This document shows positions 1-8,416 of a DNA stretch of 13,846 nt, piece by piece (within the stretch, counting starts at the first letter, position 1; each line of letters opens with the position of its first letter). This stretch comes from Cyanobacteria bacterium P01_D01_bin.156. Its GTDB lineage: Bacteria; Cyanobacteriota; Cyanobacteriia; Phormidesmidales; Phormidesmidaceae. The position numbers were made by a program, and so were the translations under genes. The notes below the pieces were generated by a model. The model was not told the origin of the DNA. It was given only the letters and a program-made list of their open reading frames with translations, and did not search any database. Location of the stretch: the NCBI GenBank assembly GCA_039024555.1, contig JBCCQQ010000101.1, positions 1 to 13,846 on the forward strand. The letters run 5' to 3'.

Positions 1-117
1 AGAAGGTTGTCGGTACATTTCCCGAAGTAGGTGCAAGGGTTGTGAGCATTTTAGCTAGTTTCCCGTGCACTTAAGCACGTCGCAATAGATTGAAACCCTT
101 GCAAAATCTGGGTGCCT

Positions 118-138
118 GACTTTAACAGCAAACCCTAA
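118..138. mobile_element. Possible right terminal inverted repeat of an IS5-family element or MITE (GACTTTAACAGCAAACC) followed by a CTAA target-like tetramer
   Basis: Resembles, from recall, the ...TTCAGCAAACC|CTAR ends of cyanobacterial IS5-family elements. No transposase or partner IR is in the window, so any element would extend left of position 1. Confidence 0.3.
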
Positions 139-291
139 CTAGCATAGAACTTTCAAGAATAAAGCTACATCTTGATGTTGTTGTTAGCTAGGCGTTGTAA
201 CGTCACTTTGTCACTTCTACCCAGGGCAGTCGATATAGCTAACTTTGGGGATATGTTAAAACGGAAGCGCAACAGATGCTGATAGTACGTT

Positions 292-1467
292 TTGGTGGAT
301 AGGGCAGTGAAAAAACGGATTGCTCGCTGGTTTGATAATAACTGGGTGACGCCTGCCTATGGTGGCTGGGTCTTATTTGGTATTACCCTCTGCTTTTTGG
401 GGGCAGCTACCAATACTATGGCTGGCTGGCTGTATGTGCTCAGTGGTATCACCATTGCGTTGCTTTCGGTATCGTCGATTTTGCCTCAGCGGGCACTACG
501 TGGTTTGGGTGTTACTCGTCAACTGCCGCGTCCTGTTTCTGCAGGAGAGGCAATTTCTATGGTGTTGGTGCTGGCAAACAGCACTCGTCAGGTTAAAAGT
601 TTGTTGCAGCTGCAAGATTTAGTGCCTGCTAGTTTGGGTGGCCCTCAGACCCATGCTGTTGCAGCCCTAACGGCACACTCTCAATACACCTGGCGCTATG
701 AAATTCTTACCCATCGGCGAGGCATTTATACTTGGCCCCAGGTACGTCTCCGCACGGCAGCTCCCTTGGGGCTGTTCTGGTGTAGCCGGTTTCATGAGGC
801 TAAGGCCAAGGCTATTGTTTACCCTCAGGTACTTCCCCTGGATCGTTGCCCTATTATTGATTCTCTAGGTAATGAAGCGGGACGACAGCATCTCCAAAAA
901 TCAGTATCAAATAGCAGTGGTACCGAAGGTTTGACTCGCGCCCTGCGCCCCTATCGATGGGGGGATCCTACCCGTTTGATTCACTGGCGCACCAGTGCTC
1001 GCTATGGTGAACTGCGGGTCCGGGAATTGGAGGTGCTGACCAGTCACCAAAGTCTGATTATTGCCCTAGATACTTCTAAAGCTTGGGACTTTGATAGTTT
1101 TGAACGGGCGGTGATTGCTGCGGCTTCGCTCTATCAATATGGTCAACAACAAGGATTGGCAACGCAGCTGTGGAGTCCTAAAACGGGACTGGTTCAAGAT
1201 ATGACAGCTGTTTTGACAGTGTTGGCGGGCATAAAATTCGATGAGGAGGGTGACCATAAGTTGCCAGCTCCTCCACTCGTATGGTTAACCGCTCAGGCAG
1301 GTCAATCTCTGCCTACCCATAGTGCTGAAATTTTGTTTTTATCGAAAACAGCTGCTCATTCTAGTGGGGCGTATCCGGTTGAAACTCAGGGGTTAGTGAT
1401 TAATCCTGTAGATGATTTACAGCGCCAGCTTCAAAAGCGTTTTGAGCCGTTAGTAGCCGGTGTGTAA
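292..1467 (+). CDS. DUF58 domain-containing membrane protein
   Basis: 391 aa. Two N-terminal TM segments (AATNTMAGWLY), RRGIY..PLGLF, VYP, then LRPYRWGDPTRLIHWRTSAR..LRVRELE and IALDTS, the typical DUF58 motifs. Confidence 0.9.
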   Translation: MVDRAVKKRIARWFDNNWVTPAYGGWVLFGITLCFLGAATNTMAGWLYVLSGITIALLSVSSILPQRALRGLGVTRQLPRPVSAGEAISMVLVLANSTRQVKSLLQLQDLVPASLGGPQTHAVAALTAHSQYTWRYEILTHRRGIYTWPQVRLRTAAPLGLFWCSRFHEAKAKAIVYPQVLPLDRCPIIDSLGNEAGRQHLQKSVSNSSGTEGLTRALRPYRWGDPTRLIHWRTSARYGELRVRELEVLTSHQSLIIALDTSKAWDFDSFERAVIAAASLYQYGQQQGLATQLWSPKTGLVQDMTAVLTVLAGIKFDEEGDHKLPAPPLVWLTAQAGQSLPTHSAEILFLSKTAAHSSGAYPVETQGLVINPVDDLQRQLQKRFEPLVAGV

Positions 1468-1547
1468 AGCCCTGATTTCATTCTGGATTCCATCAAAATC
1501 ATTGGTATTGACTAGACTGGAATGGTTGTAGTCGAGGCAAGTGCATC

Positions 1548-2414
1548 ATGGCTCAGCTTACGGCCCGTCGCTCGGAAAATGTAGAGGGTGATTTTTTTGT
1601 TGATACTAGCTGTATTGACTGTGATACCTGTCGTTGGATGGCTCCAGAGGTATTTGGCCGCGACGGTGATATGTCGGCAGTCTATGCTCAGCCAAAGACA
1701 ACAGATCAGCGAATACAGGCACTAACAGCATTACTGTGTTGCCCGACAGCATCCATTGGTACAGTCGCCACCCCCAAGGATATTAAGCATGCCCAGGCTC
1801 AACTACCGGCTCGGATTGAGGAGAATGTTTATCATTGTGGCTACCACTCGGAAAAGTCCTATGCAGCGGCTAGCTACTTGATTCAACGGCCTAGTGGCAA
1901 TATTTTGATTGATTCTCCTAGGTTTACGCCGCCCTTGGTCAAACAGCTCGAAGCCATGGGCGGGGTTAAGTACTTATATCTGACCCATCGGGATGATGTG
2001 GCAGACCATGGGAAATTTCAAGAGCATTTCGGATGCGATCGCATCCTACACCAGGACGACATTACCGCAGAAACACAAACCGTAGAAATCCAGTTAACTG
2101 GACAGGCACCCTACGAGCTAACATCGGATATCAGTATCATCCCTGTTCCTGGCCATAGCCTTGGCCATACCGTTCTGCTCTACCAGAATCGATTTTTGTT
2201 TACAGGTGATCATCTTGCTTGGTCTGCCTATTTAGGTCATCTCTATGGATTTCGACGTTACTGCTGGTATTCCTGGACCGAGCAGATCAAATCCATGAAG
2301 CGGCTAGCAGACTACTCCTTTGAGTGGGTCCTACCTGGCCATGGCCGACGGTTTCACAGCACAGCCATGGCTCAGGAATTGCAAACCTGCATTGCTTGGA
2401 TGGAGAAAGCTTAG
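1548..2414 (+). CDS. Ferredoxin-domain / metallo-beta-lactamase fold hydrolase fusion
   Basis: N-terminal CIDCDTC...CP single Fe-S cluster motif. MBL motifs LIDSP, THRDDVADH, PGHSLGH, FTGDH and VLPGHG. Confidence 0.9.
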   Translation: MAQLTARRSENVEGDFFVDTSCIDCDTCRWMAPEVFGRDGDMSAVYAQPKTTDQRIQALTALLCCPTASIGTVATPKDIKHAQAQLPARIEENVYHCGYHSEKSYAAASYLIQRPSGNILIDSPRFTPPLVKQLEAMGGVKYLYLTHRDDVADHGKFQEHFGCDRILHQDDITAETQTVEIQLTGQAPYELTSDISIIPVPGHSLGHTVLLYQNRFLFTGDHLAWSAYLGHLYGFRRYCWYSWTEQIKSMKRLADYSFEWVLPGHGRRFHSTAMAQELQTCIAWMEKA

Positions 2415-3433
2415 TGCGGAAAACATTCTGGTTTGTCTTCCTGCTCTTCGCATCCATCGGCCTATTAGTTCACTACCACTTCTGGCAGATACCTGCGGAC
2501 CAGCTCCAGAAAGAGGATATGTACTATATCTGGCTGGAGGGTAAACGAATTGCCACAGGAGAGAATCCCTACGCTAGGGTGCTAGCAGGCAATCTCAGAG
2601 AAAACGATAAATATGCCACCTATTTTCCAGTTGCGTATCTTTTCTCTGCCTTAGCTTACAAGCTGGGTATCCAGAATTATTGTGAGTGGCTGTATATTTG
2701 GCGACCCATTTCTTTTGCCTGTCATATGGGTATTGTGGGACTTACCCTAGGCTATTTTCAACGGCGCGGTCTCTGGCTTATGGGTGTAGCGACAGCTAGC
2801 ATTTTATTGTTGGGTCGCTGGAGCCTTTATATCATTCGGGTTCACCATCTGGAGTTTGCAGCGATTCTGTGTTTGGTTCTGTCATTGGTCCTGCTTCAAT
2901 CCAGAACTAAACTAGCCTTACTTCTATTTGGCACTTCCTTGGGGATCAAACAAATTGCCATATTTTTACTGCCACTGTATCTGATATGGCTATGGCGTCA
3001 CAGTGCATCGATGGGAGGGCAAAAACGGATTCAAGAATTAGCCATGGGTGTATTGCTAATCTTGGTTGTTCCCTGTGTCACATCGCTGCCGTTTTTGTTG
3101 TGGAATGCTGAGGGTTTCTTGAAATCTGTGTTGTTCTCAGCAACGCGACTGGCGGGTTCCCACGTTGATAAAGCTCTCTCCCTGGATGCAATTTTTTCCC
3201 AAGACTATCCATGGATTGTTGGGCTACGGGCTAAACTCCCGATGCTGGCATTGATGGGACTGCTCTACCTCAGCTTTTTAACAGAAAAAGTGGGCCTCTT
3301 TTTGGCCTCCGTCATGACCATGGCCACATTTGTGTATTTCAACTCAGTTCTGTTTTTGCAGTATTTTATTTGGCCCCTCTCACTCATGCCCTTTGCCTTA
3401 GTTGAAGGCAAAGCCGTACAAAAGCCTAACTAA
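2414..3433 (+). CDS. Multi-pass membrane protein, GT-C/GT87 (DUF2029)-like putative glycosyltransferase
   Basis: Start reassigned to GTG 2414, which overlaps the upstream TAG (TAGTG) and has GGAG at 2402-2405. EDMYY..GENPY..TYFP early loop, GIKQ, late QYFIW and many TM helices fit GT-C proteins. Confidence 0.6.
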   Translation: MRKTFWFVFLLFASIGLLVHYHFWQIPADQLQKEDMYYIWLEGKRIATGENPYARVLAGNLRENDKYATYFPVAYLFSALAYKLGIQNYCEWLYIWRPISFACHMGIVGLTLGYFQRRGLWLMGVATASILLLGRWSLYIIRVHHLEFAAILCLVLSLVLLQSRTKLALLLFGTSLGIKQIAIFLLPLYLIWLWRHSASMGGQKRIQELAMGVLLILVVPCVTSLPFLLWNAEGFLKSVLFSATRLAGSHVDKALSLDAIFSQDYPWIVGLRAKLPMLALMGLLYLSFLTEKVGLFLASVMTMATFVYFNSVLFLQYFIWPLSLMPFALVEGKAVQKPN

Positions 3434-3451
3434 TGGTGAGAATGAGAATAC

Positions 3452-3509
3452 GGAGTTCGGAAGTCGGAAGTACTAAAATTCCGAACTCCACATTCAAAAT
3501 TCCGACTTC
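3452..3509. repeat. Short repeat / inverted repeat cluster between convergent genes, probable terminator region
   Basis: GGAGTTCGGAA 3452-3462 pairs with TTCCGAACTCC 3479-3489. GAAGTCGGAA 3460-3469 pairs with TTCCGACTTC 3500-3509. Confidence 0.6.
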
Positions 3510-3515
3510 ATAAAG

Positions 3516-4262
3516 CTAGCTACTTTGCTGGGTAGGCCGTAGCAAAATATCGTGAACCTGTACATGCTCTGGTTGACTGAGGGTATAACCTACGGCATTA
3601 GCAATATCCTGGGGCTGCAGCACAGGGAACTGGTTGTATATCTTTTTGGCTTGTTCGGTACTCCCTGAATACTTAGCTGCAAATTCAGTTTCTACAAAAC
3701 CAGGGCTAACTGAAGAAATCCGAATGGCACTGCCATCTGACCTGAGTTCTTGACGGAGTCCTTCGGTTAAAGCACGCACTGCAAATTTAGAAGCTGAGTA
3801 CATGCCGCTGCTGGGTACCCGGTGACCAGACATGGAGCTAATGTGAACAATGTGACCCCTATCGTCTCCGAATTGTCGCATTAGTTCTACTGCTTCACGG
3901 GTGCAGATACACAGGGCAATAACATTCACATCTAACGTTTCTCTCCATTTCTCGGTACTGCCCTGGGTGAGAGGCTCCCGATAGCCAAGGCCTGCATTGT
4001 TGATCAGGACATCCAATCGTTTGAATCGATCTGCGATCGCACCAAACCAGTTCAAGATATGTGATTCATTGCGTAGGTCAACAACTTGAGTCAGCACCTC
4101 AACGTCGTACTGCAGGGAGAGTTTATCCGCTAACTCAGTTAGCCGCTGCCGACGTCGAGCACACAGAGCCAAATTGTAACCATCGGCAGCAAGGCGGTTG
4201 GCAATAGCAGTACCGATGCCGCTAGAAGCACCAGTAATTGCTGCAACGGGTCGATTATTCAT
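3516..4262 (-). CDS. SDR family NAD(P)-dependent oxidoreductase (YdfG/DHRS11-like)
   Basis: TGASSGIG Rossmann motif, NNAG, catalytic YSASK, SPGFVETEF. ARR after beta-2 suggests NADP. Confidence 0.95.
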   Translation of the reverse strand: MNNRPVAAITGASSGIGTAIANRLAADGYNLALCARRRQRLTELADKLSLQYDVEVLTQVVDLRNESHILNWFGAIADRFKRLDVLINNAGLGYREPLTQGSTEKWRETLDVNVIALCICTREAVELMRQFGDDRGHIVHISSMSGHRVPSSGMYSASKFAVRALTEGLRQELRSDGSAIRISSVSPGFVETEFAAKYSGSTEQAKKIYNQFPVLQPQDIANAVGYTLSQPEHVQVHDILLRPTQQSS

Positions 4263-4456
4263 CTTGGAATAGGAAACGCTTTTCTTTACGTTATCGCTTT
4301 GCGTCGAAAATTAGGCATACCAGCGGGAATCCAGACAATGCAAAAAGAGTCCAGCTCTATGGAATGCCCTTGCTGTCCGTCTTCCGAATTCCTCAAGTTC
4401 AGACTTGCTGGCTTAAGTTGATATCCGTATCAGTGTCATAGGCATCATGGTCGTTG

Positions 4457-4726
4457 CTACGAACCTTTTTGATTTTGTGACCGAAAACGACCACCATCAA
4501 AGCTGCGACGTTGCAGATGTTTGGTTTTGCGACCGGTGACCCGCTTGCGCCACATCTTAAAGCTTGATTGCTTCATCTCACGGCGCATTAGGGCAATCAC
4601 CTGCTTTTCCTTAAGGTTGTATTGCAGATCAATTGCCTCAAACGGGGTGCGGTCTTCCCAGGCCATTTCAATCACACGGTTGATGGTATCAGAATCAAGT
4701 TCAGGCAGTTTCATAGGTGTAGGCAA
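4457..4726 (-). CDS. TIGR03643 (DUF2805) family small protein
   Basis: RVIEMAWEDRTPFEAI...VIALMRREMK.SSFKMWRKRVTGRKTKH is the family signature. The start could be the second Met at 4714. Confidence 0.9.
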   Translation of the reverse strand: MPTPMKLPELDSDTINRVIEMAWEDRTPFEAIDLQYNLKEKQVIALMRREMKQSSFKMWRKRVTGRKTKHLQRRSFDGGRFRSQNQKGS

Positions 4727-4815
4727 ATGGCCAGTGTGTTCGCTTTACAAAATAGGCATTAGGAGTTGATGCTAGCCAAGCTCCTTAATGCAAAGTAGTC
4801 TAACGTCAAAATACT

Positions 4816-4851
4816 GCCCACTGCATAAGGGCATGCCCTTATGCAGTGGGC
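4816..4851. repeat. Perfect 36-bp palindrome with no spacer
   Basis: GCCCACTGCATAAGGGCA|TGCCCTTATGCAGTGGGC, checked base by base. Confidence 0.95.
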
Positions 4852-4982
4852 CAATTAACCCAGGGTTCTTACACGGTGATCTTTTAGCAAAGGTCCTGTC
4901 ACCACTTCAAACCTCGCCAGGTTTATGAGAATATTGTTAATAAGTATTTATTAAAACGTTTTTCTCCGCAGGAGGTTCGGTA

Positions 4983-5108
4983 ATGGACATTGATTTCCGG
5001 GTTGTGGCTGTACTTGCACCCATTGCTCTAGCTGCGGGCTGGGCTGGTTTTAACATATTCCAAGCTGCACTAGGTCAAATTCAAGACTGGTTGAGCGAGA
5101 GCGAGTAA
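4983..5108 (+). CDS. psbY: Photosystem II protein Y (41 aa), not in the ORF track
   Basis: Hand translation: MDIDFRVVAVLAPIALAAGWAGFNIFQAALGQIQDWLSESE*. It matches the PsbY pattern MD.R..VL.P...A.WA.FNI...AL.Q. AGGAGG RBS at 4970-4975. Confidence 0.93.
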   Translation: MDIDFRVVAVLAPIALAAGWAGFNIFQAALGQIQDWLSESE

Positions 5109-5142
5109 GCTCCCTGAGTAAGAAAGTTATCGAATGATTTGC

Positions 5143-5178
5143 AGAGCTGCTTCAGTTTTGGAGCAGCTTTTTATTTTT
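5143..5178 (+). terminator. Rho-independent terminator after psbY
   Basis: Stem AGCTGCTTCA 5145-5154 / TGGAGCAGCT 5159-5168 (one G-U pair), 4-nt loop, then TTTTATTTTT. Confidence 0.8.
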
Positions 5179-5213
5179 GGAGCCTTCGTTCAATTCAAGA
5201 TTCGGGATTCGTC

Positions 5214-5789
5214 TCAGTCCCCAGAATCGGTATTTAAAATTTCTACCGTTTTCAGATTGAAACCTCGTACCTTTGGCGATTCGATGATTTCATTTCCTCT
5301 GAATTCGACGACTTCATAAAAACCGTTCACTAATATCAGTACGCTGATGCATTCTTGTATCGGATCGATAATCCAATATTCTTCAATACCCCTAGCGGCA
5401 TATTCAGAGCGTTTGTACCGATAATCGCGCTCTTACTTTTCTTTTCCAGGGGAAACGACTTCTATGATCAGCTGGGGCGGTGGCATATCCAGGGTAATGG
5501 TGCCTCGCTGATCTCCTAGCGCATATCTAGCTCTTCGGTGAGGACCATTAAGTTAGGAATGCGGGCTGTAGCTAAACGTCCGCTAACCTGAATTTCAGTG
5601 TCTTTGCAGCACAATAGTTGAAATGGAAAAACCTTGAGTAGCTGACTGAGTAAAAATAAAGCTATATGGGAATTTAACCTGGATTCAGGTGGTATCTTTT
5701 CAACTTCACCATTGACTAATTCCCAGCGGTCTTCTGTGGCTTCTGAGTAAGCTAAATATTCTTCAAAAGTTAGCTTTTGCAACCGTCAT
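5214..5789 (-). pseudogene. Uma2 family (PD-(D/E)XK) endonuclease pseudogene
   Basis: ATG 5789 to TGA 5214 spans 576 nt. It reconstructs as MTVAKLTFEEYL..RWELVNG..PPES..TITLDMPPPQLIIEVVSPG..RDYRYKRSEYAARGIEEYWIIDP. Lesions: +1 frameshift near 5775-5780, -1 frameshift near 5524, in-frame TAA at 5435-5433. Confidence 0.9.
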
Positions 5790-5829
5790 TATAGCTACCA
5801 CTCGATACATACATTGTAGCAACGGTGCT

Positions 5830-6408
5830 CTATTGGAGCGTTAGCTGTCGTAAACTGCCCATGATTTGACCAAAGGCGATTCCTCTATGGCTATAGGTTT
5901 CTTTTTGGCTGTCGGTCATTTCAGCAAAGGTTTTACCCTGACTGGGTACATAGAAAATTGGGTCGTAGCCAAAGCCATTGCTGCCTTTGGGCGCGGTCAA
6001 AATTTCCCCAGGGCAAATGCCTTCAGTTTCTAGGGCGATGGTGCCATCGGGTTTGGCCAGGGCTAGGGCACAGACAAATTGAGCCTTTCGATTTTCGGTG
6101 TCGTTGAGTTCTCGCAAAACCCGATTAATGCGGTCTTGGTCATCCTTACCGTAGCGGGCGGAATATAGACCGGGGGCACCGTTGAGGGCATTAATTTGTA
6201 GGCCAGAGTCGTCGGCAATGGCCCACTGGTTAGTTGCTATGGCAACTTCCTTTGCTTTGAGGCGGGCATTTTCAATAAAGGTGGTGCCGGTTTCGTCCAC
6301 ATCAATCTCTTTGGGCTTCAGCTTCAGGTCCCACCCGAGAGGTGTCAGATAAACCTGCATTTCCTTGAGTTTGCCAGGATTACCTGTAGCAACAATAACC
6401 GTCGGCAT
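5830..6408 (-). CDS. rdgB: RdgB/HAM1 family non-canonical purine NTP pyrophosphatase (dITP/XTP)
   Basis: ATGNPGKLKE, ENARLKA, ADDSGL, GAPGLYSAR, GFGYDPIF and SHRG motifs are all intact. Confidence 0.95.
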   Translation of the reverse strand: MPTVIVATGNPGKLKEMQVYLTPLGWDLKLKPKEIDVDETGTTFIENARLKAKEVAIATNQWAIADDSGLQINALNGAPGLYSARYGKDDQDRINRVLRELNDTENRKAQFVCALALAKPDGTIALETEGICPGEILTAPKGSNGFGYDPIFYVPSQGKTFAEMTDSQKETYSHRGIAFGQIMGSLRQLTLQ

Positions 6409-6546
6409 AATTTGCTCTCTAATGTGCGTCCATATTTAACCATGAACTCTCTGCATAAACCTCTGTGCTATTGTTCTAGCCCATCAATCAGCAACGGCTA
6501 AAAACCTGATAGCGTAATCCAGGAGACGCCTACTGTTTATATCACT

Positions 6547-8274
6547 TTGGATAATCGCCCCAACTATTGGCAACTACTGCCCTATATCCGTCGCCAGCAG
6601 TCGATTCTGGTTCCTGCTTTTCTGTGTACCCTTGTTTTCACGATTTACTGGCCCATCCTTGCCAAGCTAGGCGGCTCCGCCATTTCCACACTGGTGCAAG
6701 GACAGGTAGCGGCCTTTGGTCGGGTAGCGGCACTCACCTTAGTAGGACTGTTAATTCAAAAGGCAGCTCAGTATGGTCAAGACTCGCTCATGGCAAAAGC
6801 TGCCTTTCGGGTGGCCCACCAGCTGCGTACTCGGGTGTATGGTCACCTGCAGACCCTGAGCCTCACCTACTTTGAACAAACTAAAACTGGCGACCTAGCC
6901 TACCGCCTAACGGAAGATGTGGACCGTATTGGCGAGGTCATTTACAAGCTATTTCATGACTTTTTGCCCTCGGCTCTGCAGCTAGTTGTAGTCTTTGGCT
7001 ACATGATCTATCTCAACTGGCAGCTAACGGCGGCGGCATTGATTCTGATTCCACTGCTGGCGATATTATCTGGTTGGTTTGGCGAGAAAATGTTGACTGC
7101 TGCCCGTCGTAGCCAGGATAAGGTGGCGGATTTATCCTCTCAGGTGGCAGAGGTCTTTAGCGGTATTCGTTTAGTGCAGGCATTTGCTGCAGAAGCGTAC
7201 GAAGTGGATCGTTTTTCCCAAGCCTCTAGTAACAATCGCGATGCTCGGTATTCTGTTGCGTGGCTCCAGGCAGTACAGTTTCCGGTGGTGGGATTTCTCT
7301 ATGCGGGTATGATTGTGATTTTGCTGCTGGTGGGCACCTGGCAAATCAGTCTCGGCAACCTAGCACGAGAAGGTTTTGGCACCTATGTGATTAATGCGTT
7401 GCTGCTGATTGATCCGGTAAATCATGTGATTCAAAACTTTAATGAGTTTAAGCAGGGAGAAGCGTCGATTGATCGGGTGCTGGAGTTGTTATGTCTAAAG
7501 CCTCTGGTCAAAGACCACCCGAATGCAAAAGCATTACCGGTAGTGACGGGTCAGGTGGAGTATCGCAATGTAGGGTTTGCCTATGAGGCTAAAAGACCTG
7601 TATTGCAAAATGTTTCTCTAACAGCACAGCCGGGTGAAACCATTGCTTTGGTGGGTCTATCAGGTGCAGGGAAGACTACTTTGGTAAATCTGTTGCCTCG
7701 TTTTTATGATGTGGCTACTGGCGAGATTTTGATTGATGGGATGAATGTTCGGCAGGTGACTCTACAAAGCCTGCGACGTCAGATTGGTATTGTGCCTCAG
7801 GAGAATGTGTTGTTCTCAGGGACGATTGCGGAGAATATTGCCTTTGGTCAGAAAGATTTTAATTTAGCTGATGTAGAAACTGCTGCTAGGGTCGCTAACG
7901 CCCATGATTTTATCAGTCAGTTTTCCCAGGGCTACCATACCTGGGTCGGGGAACGCGGGGTCAATCTTTCAGGTGGCCAGCGTCAGCGGATTGCGATCGC
8001 GCGTGCCGTACTGTTTAACCCCAAAATTCTCATCCTTGATGAAGCCACTTCCGCCTTAGATGCAGAATCTGAAGCGCTGGTACAAGAAGCCCTGGAACGA
8101 CTGATGCAGGGGCGAACCGTATTTGTCATTGCCCATCGGCTAGCGACCGTGCGAAATTGCGATCGCATAATCGTTATGGAGCAAGGCCAGATCATTGAAT
8201 CCGGGACACACGATCAGCTGCTTCAGCAAGCTGGCCGCTACGCCAGTTTTTACGCCAAGCAATTTCATGGCTAG
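6547..8274 (+). CDS. ABC exporter, fused TMD-NBD (MsbA-like)
   Basis: N-terminal TM domain, Walker A GLSGAGKT, Q-loop VPQE, signature LSGGQ, Walker B ILILDEATS, IAHRL. TTG start. Confidence 0.93.
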   Translation: MDNRPNYWQLLPYIRRQQSILVPAFLCTLVFTIYWPILAKLGGSAISTLVQGQVAAFGRVAALTLVGLLIQKAAQYGQDSLMAKAAFRVAHQLRTRVYGHLQTLSLTYFEQTKTGDLAYRLTEDVDRIGEVIYKLFHDFLPSALQLVVVFGYMIYLNWQLTAAALILIPLLAILSGWFGEKMLTAARRSQDKVADLSSQVAEVFSGIRLVQAFAAEAYEVDRFSQASSNNRDARYSVAWLQAVQFPVVGFLYAGMIVILLLVGTWQISLGNLAREGFGTYVINALLLIDPVNHVIQNFNEFKQGEASIDRVLELLCLKPLVKDHPNAKALPVVTGQVEYRNVGFAYEAKRPVLQNVSLTAQPGETIALVGLSGAGKTTLVNLLPRFYDVATGEILIDGMNVRQVTLQSLRRQIGIVPQENVLFSGTIAENIAFGQKDFNLADVETAARVANAHDFISQFSQGYHTWVGERGVNLSGGQRQRIAIARAVLFNPKILILDEATSALDAESEALVQEALERLMQGRTVFVIAHRLATVRNCDRIIVMEQGQIIESGTHDQLLQQAGRYASFYAKQFHG

Positions 8275-8416
8275 GGGCTGTGATCCGCATCCGGCTTTTC
8301 AAAACTTTACGAGTTTGTTGGGTTTTGATGGCGTTTGTATCTCTATTCATTGTGGTGAAAAAAACAAGCGAAGTATCTGATATGAGCTAATCCAAACGTC
8401 CTTAGTTAAGGAGAGT

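Noticed and set aside
2031..2046. 16-bp palindrome GGATGCGATCGCATCC
   Set aside because: It is a HIP1 core extended by 4 bp per side inside a CDS, plausible by chance.
2324..2413. N-terminal 30 aa of the 369-aa ORF
   Set aside because: It overlaps the MBL gene. GTG 2414, with an RBS and stop/start overlap, is the better start.
5516..5782. 88-aa ORF as an intact gene
   Set aside because: It is the middle fragment of the Uma2 pseudogene.
5830..6408. rdgB as part of the nucleotide-based defence cassette (HAM1 fold as in Kongming-type dITP signalling)
   Set aside because: All catalytic motifs are intact, the GC is core-like, and it lies about 6 kb from the island with no deaminase or Sir2 neighbour. 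It is most simply the housekeeping gene.
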